From: Welwitschia mirabilis
Taxonomy: Eukaryota
DNA: 37,024 bases
NCBI GenBank assembly: GCA_051453625.1
Contig: JBOZIK010000001.1
Span: 13,599,005-13,636,028 of the forward strand
Direction of reading: 5' to 3'
Positions 33,251 to 37,024 of the stretch are shown here, piece after piece. The position numbers and the translations under genes were made by a program. Within the stretch, counting starts at the first letter, position 1, and each line of letters begins with the position of its first letter. The notes below the pieces were generated by a model. That model had not been told where the DNA came from. It was given only the letters and a program-made list of their open reading frames with translations, and ran no database searches.

Positions 33251-36200
33251 AAGCTTTGTAAGGAAATCAAATTAAAAAGTATAATGACCTTGAAATATCA
33301 GTAGGAAATATAATTATTGAAAGTGCCTATAAAATAGAAGCTTCTAAAGATCTAAGGGTAAGTATTAATCTTATTTCCCATGATATATTTGAACAACTTA
33401 AAAGTCCCCAGTTAACTCCATATAATGGATAGGTTTATATGAAAAATAGCTTTGCAATAAAACCAGAAGGAATAATGGAGAATCCTTCCATAGAACTACA
33501 AGGGTTTGGATATTTGGTGGATTTAGTGATCATAAAGACAAAAGGTAATATTCATCCTATCATCCTAGAAAGACCCTCGATGGTAATAGCTAACAGAATT
33601 CTTTAGTACAGAAAAGGAGTAATGGAGACTAGTTTAAAATANNNNNNNNNNNNNNNNNNNNNNNNNNNNNNNNNNNNNNNNNNNNNNNNNNNNNNNNNNN
33701 NNNNNNNNNNNNNNNNNNNNNNNNNNNNNNNNNNNNNNNNNTTAGTGGTCATAAAGACAAAAGGTAATATTCATCCTATCATCCTAGAAAGACCCTCGAT
33801 GGCAATAGCTAATAGAATTCTTTATTCCAAAAAAGGAGTAATGGAGATCAGTTTAAGAGATTTGGTAAAACAAATTAAAATATCTGTTTGAACATTCCTA
33901 CTACTAAAGGGGATAGTGCTAATATGATCCTCATAAAGGAAGCTTAACAATTATTAAAAGAGCAAGAGGTTGAGAGAAGANNNNNNNNNNNNNNNNNNNN
34001 NNNNNNNNNNNNNNNNNNNNNNNNNNNNNNNNNNNNNNNNNNNNNNNNNNNNNNNNNNNNNNNNNNNNNNNNNNNNNNNNCTATTCTTTGACTATTGAAC
34101 CAGTAGAAAAAGAAGAGAAACTTGAGAGAGCTCCTCTTAACAAAGGTTTAGAATACATAAAAATTTAGAAAAATAGATCTTTAGTTATCAATAGAAATTT
34201 AACTCACTATCAAAAGAGAAAATTAAAAAGGATGTTAACTAAATGGACTAATTCTTTTTCTTGGACCCATAAAAACATTATTGGGGTAGACCCTATAATC
34301 TATCAGTCTAAAATTTATTTAGATATCATAGTAAAGTCTATAAGATAACTAGAGAGGAGATGCAATCCTCATATGCAAGATGTGATAAAAATGAAAATTT
34401 TAAGACTATCAAAAGTAGGGTTCATTTACCGTATCTCTGATTTAGAATGGGTAAGTCTTGTGATAATAATTCTTAAAAAAATAATAAATGGAGGGTGTGC
34501 ATAGATTTTAGACTACTAAATGCGACTACCTATAAGGATTAATTTGATTTACCCTTTATGGATTAAGTTTTAGAAAGAATCTTTGGTTAAATTTTTTATA
34601 TGGGTATAGTGGATATAAAGAAATTTCAATAGCACTACAAGACCAAGAAAAAACTACTTTTACTTGCAAATGGGGTACTTATTTCATTAAAGTTTTACCT
34701 TTTAGGATATGTAATGCACTAGCCACTTTTCAGAGGCTAGTGAATAGTATATTCTAAAACCTTATAGGAAGGTTAGTTGAGGTTTTCATGAATGACTTTT
34801 CAACCTTTGGAAATAATTTTGTAGGAGTTTTGAAAAGACTAGAAGCTATATTAACTTGGTGTAAAGAAAAGAATTTGAAAGTGATCTGGTCCAAACATTA
34901 TCTCATGATGGCTAAAGGGGTTATTTTAGGCCATAGGATATTAGTGAGAGGGATTGAAATGGATGAACAAAAAATTAATGTCATTTAAAAAACTCCCTCA
35001 TCAATTAAACTAAGAGAACTTAGATCATTCTTGAATCATGTGGGGTGCTATAGAAGGTTCATCACTAATTTTAGTAAAATTGCTAAACATCTGAGTAATC
35101 TTCTATATAAAGATGTATCACATGAATGGATCCAAGAATGCCAAAAATATTTTTAAATTATTAAAAATAGATTAGTTGAGGCCCTTATCTTATAAAAACT
35201 AGATTGGAAGAAAACCTTCCACTTTATAACTGATGATTCACAATATGTTATTGGTGTTATTTTAGGATACAAATATAATGATTGTAAATCCTATGTTATC
35301 ATTTATAGAAGTAAAAATCTTAATTCTACATTAAAAAACTACATAGTTACAGAAAAATAGATTCTAGCCATAGTGGTGGCCTTAGATAAATTCAAGGACT
35401 ATATCTTGGATTAGTACCATACAATTTTTAATGAATAAGAAAGAGGCAAATTCTCAAATAATAAGATGGATACTTTTGATGTAGGAATTTAATCTAAAGA
35501 TAATAGATAAGAAGGGAATAGAGAATGTGGTGACTAATCACCTATCTAGCTTATAATTCCTTTAAGAAGCTAACAAATAAACATCCAAAATAGTTTCTCT
35601 GATTATCATCTAGCAAGTTTGCAATAGGCACCTTGGTTTACAGATATTGCTAACTTCTTAGTAAGTAAGAAGCTGCCTCCTTAATTAAACTATTATGAGA
35701 AAATGAGGTTGTTAAGATAAGTAAAATATTATGCATGAAAGAATAGAATCCTCTTCATATTTTCTAAGGATGGAGTCATTAGGAGATGTATTAGAGAGCC
35801 TAATCAGAAGAAGCTTATGCAAATTTTTCATGTAGAATAAGGAGTAGGTTATTATGGAGGAAAAAGAAAAGCTATAAAAATTTTACATGCAAGATATTAT
35901 TTGCCTTCTCTATTCAAGAACTCTTTTAATTATACCAAAGGGTGACAAGTGTTAGAGAGAGGGAGCATATTCAAAGATGATGGAAATACCCCAATAATGG
36001 ATTTAGGATTTGAAATATTTTTATGTATGGAGTGTAAACTTCATCAAATGCATAAATTCGAAATCTTATGAAAAAGAGTATATTTTGGTCTGTGTTGATT
36101 ATTTCACTAAATGAGTTGAAGCTGAGGCTATCCTTAATTATTCCATTAAAAAGTAGTTAGATTCCTATCTAGGAATATCTTTCATTAGTTTGGTATGCCC

Positions 36201-36880
36201 AAAAGTTTTATATCAGATAGAGGGAACCATTTCACTAGTTAAGACTTTGAAAAGTTCTTATCTAAGTATGGAGTCCATTGTAAACTCTCTTCTATTTACC
36301 ATCCCCAGTCCAATGGTTAGGTTAATGTCACAAATAGGAGGTTGAACTAAATTCTGACAAAAATAGTAAATACCAAAAGAACAAACTGGGCATATAAACT
36401 TATTAAAGCTTTATGGTCTTATAGAATAACCTAGAAAAATAGTACTAGTTTTAGAACCTATGAGTTAGTCTATGGTAAAAAGGTAACCTTGCCTATTGAA
36501 TTAAGATTAACATCTTATAAATTGGCTAAATAATTAGATCATAATCTGGATAAAGCTTAAAAAAAAGGATCTAAAACATGAATAAATTAGATAAAGATAG
36601 GATATAAGCCCAAATAAGAAATGAATAAATCCAAAAAAAAGTAAAAGAGTGGCACAACCATCATGTTCATAAAATTGATTTTAAAATTGGAGATAAGTCT
36701 TGGTTTTCGATCCTAAATATACATCTTCTACGCAAAAGTACACTTAAAAATGGATTGGACCATGCACTTTAACAAAAATTTTACCTAATAGAGTAATGGA
36801 AGTATTTAATGAAGAGACTAAAGACACGTATCAAGTTAATAGTCATGGAACCAAGGTTTATACAAAGAGAATTTCACTCT
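33251..36880 (+). pseudogene. Athila-like pol: protease (~33330-33890), RT (~34300-34990), RNase H (~35210-35550), integrase (~35620-36500), GPY/F-like tail (~36750)
   Basis: SKDLRVSINLI, PIILERPSM, WRVCIDFRLLN, QDQEKTTFTCKWGTY, CNALATFQR, VEVFMNDFSTFG, LRSFLNHVGCYRRFI, NYIVTEK*ILAIV, APWFTDIANFL, ISDRGNHF, YHPQSNG*V, KWIGP. Confidence 0.93.
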
Positions 36881-36947
36881 TAGAAGAAATGGAACAAAGT
36901 TATAGGATGGAAAAAATTCTCCTCGTATGTCTTCATCTATAGTCCTA

Positions 36948-37024
<77 letters not shown>
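36948..37024. repeat. Inverted trinucleotide microsatellite: (TAT)11 followed by (AAT)14+
   Basis: Read directly from the sequence; runs to the window end. Confidence 0.95.

Larger units (their letters stand above)
8583..36880 (+). mobile_element. Athila-like Ty3/gypsy retrotransposon, split by a 21.9-kb insertion at 11373-33245; 3' LTR not in the window
   Basis: LTR, PBS and gag lie at 8583-11372; protease, RT, RNase H and integrase lie at 33251-36880. The halves join across the TACTC duplication. Confidence 0.85.

Noticed and set aside
33523..33860. Duplicated gypsy protease end
   Set aside because: Overlap across the 100-N gap 33642-33741.
1..37024. tRNA, rRNA, 5S-bearing TRIM, telomeric arrays, organellar or viral insertions
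   Set aside because: None recognised by eye; the only tRNA-related sequences are the PBS motifs.

Overview
AT-rich eukaryotic (land-plant-type) genomic DNA from a gapped draft scaffold, made almost entirely of old, degraded retrotransposons. The only host gene piece I can support is the first coding exon of a probable ureidoglycolate amidohydrolase (UAH) gene (minus strand, 4091-3933). A short-LTR Ty1/copia element lies in its first intron (1-3379). Upstream of the gene is a nested stack: copia relic (~4490-6055) > Sirevirus-like copia 1 (6056-8582, +) > Athila-like Ty3/gypsy (8583-~36880, +) > Sirevirus-like copia 2 (11373-33245, -, flanked by a TACTC target-site duplication) > L1-type LINE (20383-31881, +, poly(A) tail) sitting in the 5' LTR of Sirevirus 2. 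All element reading frames are broken, largely by C>T/G>A changes. Many short duplications flank 100-N gaps and are probably assembly artefacts. I found no convincing evidence of a wholly new biological system. The notable points are the nesting next to a host promoter, the CpG-decayed palindrome arrays in the LTRs, an atypical PBS, an extra LTR, and a perfect AT-rich palindrome at the window end.
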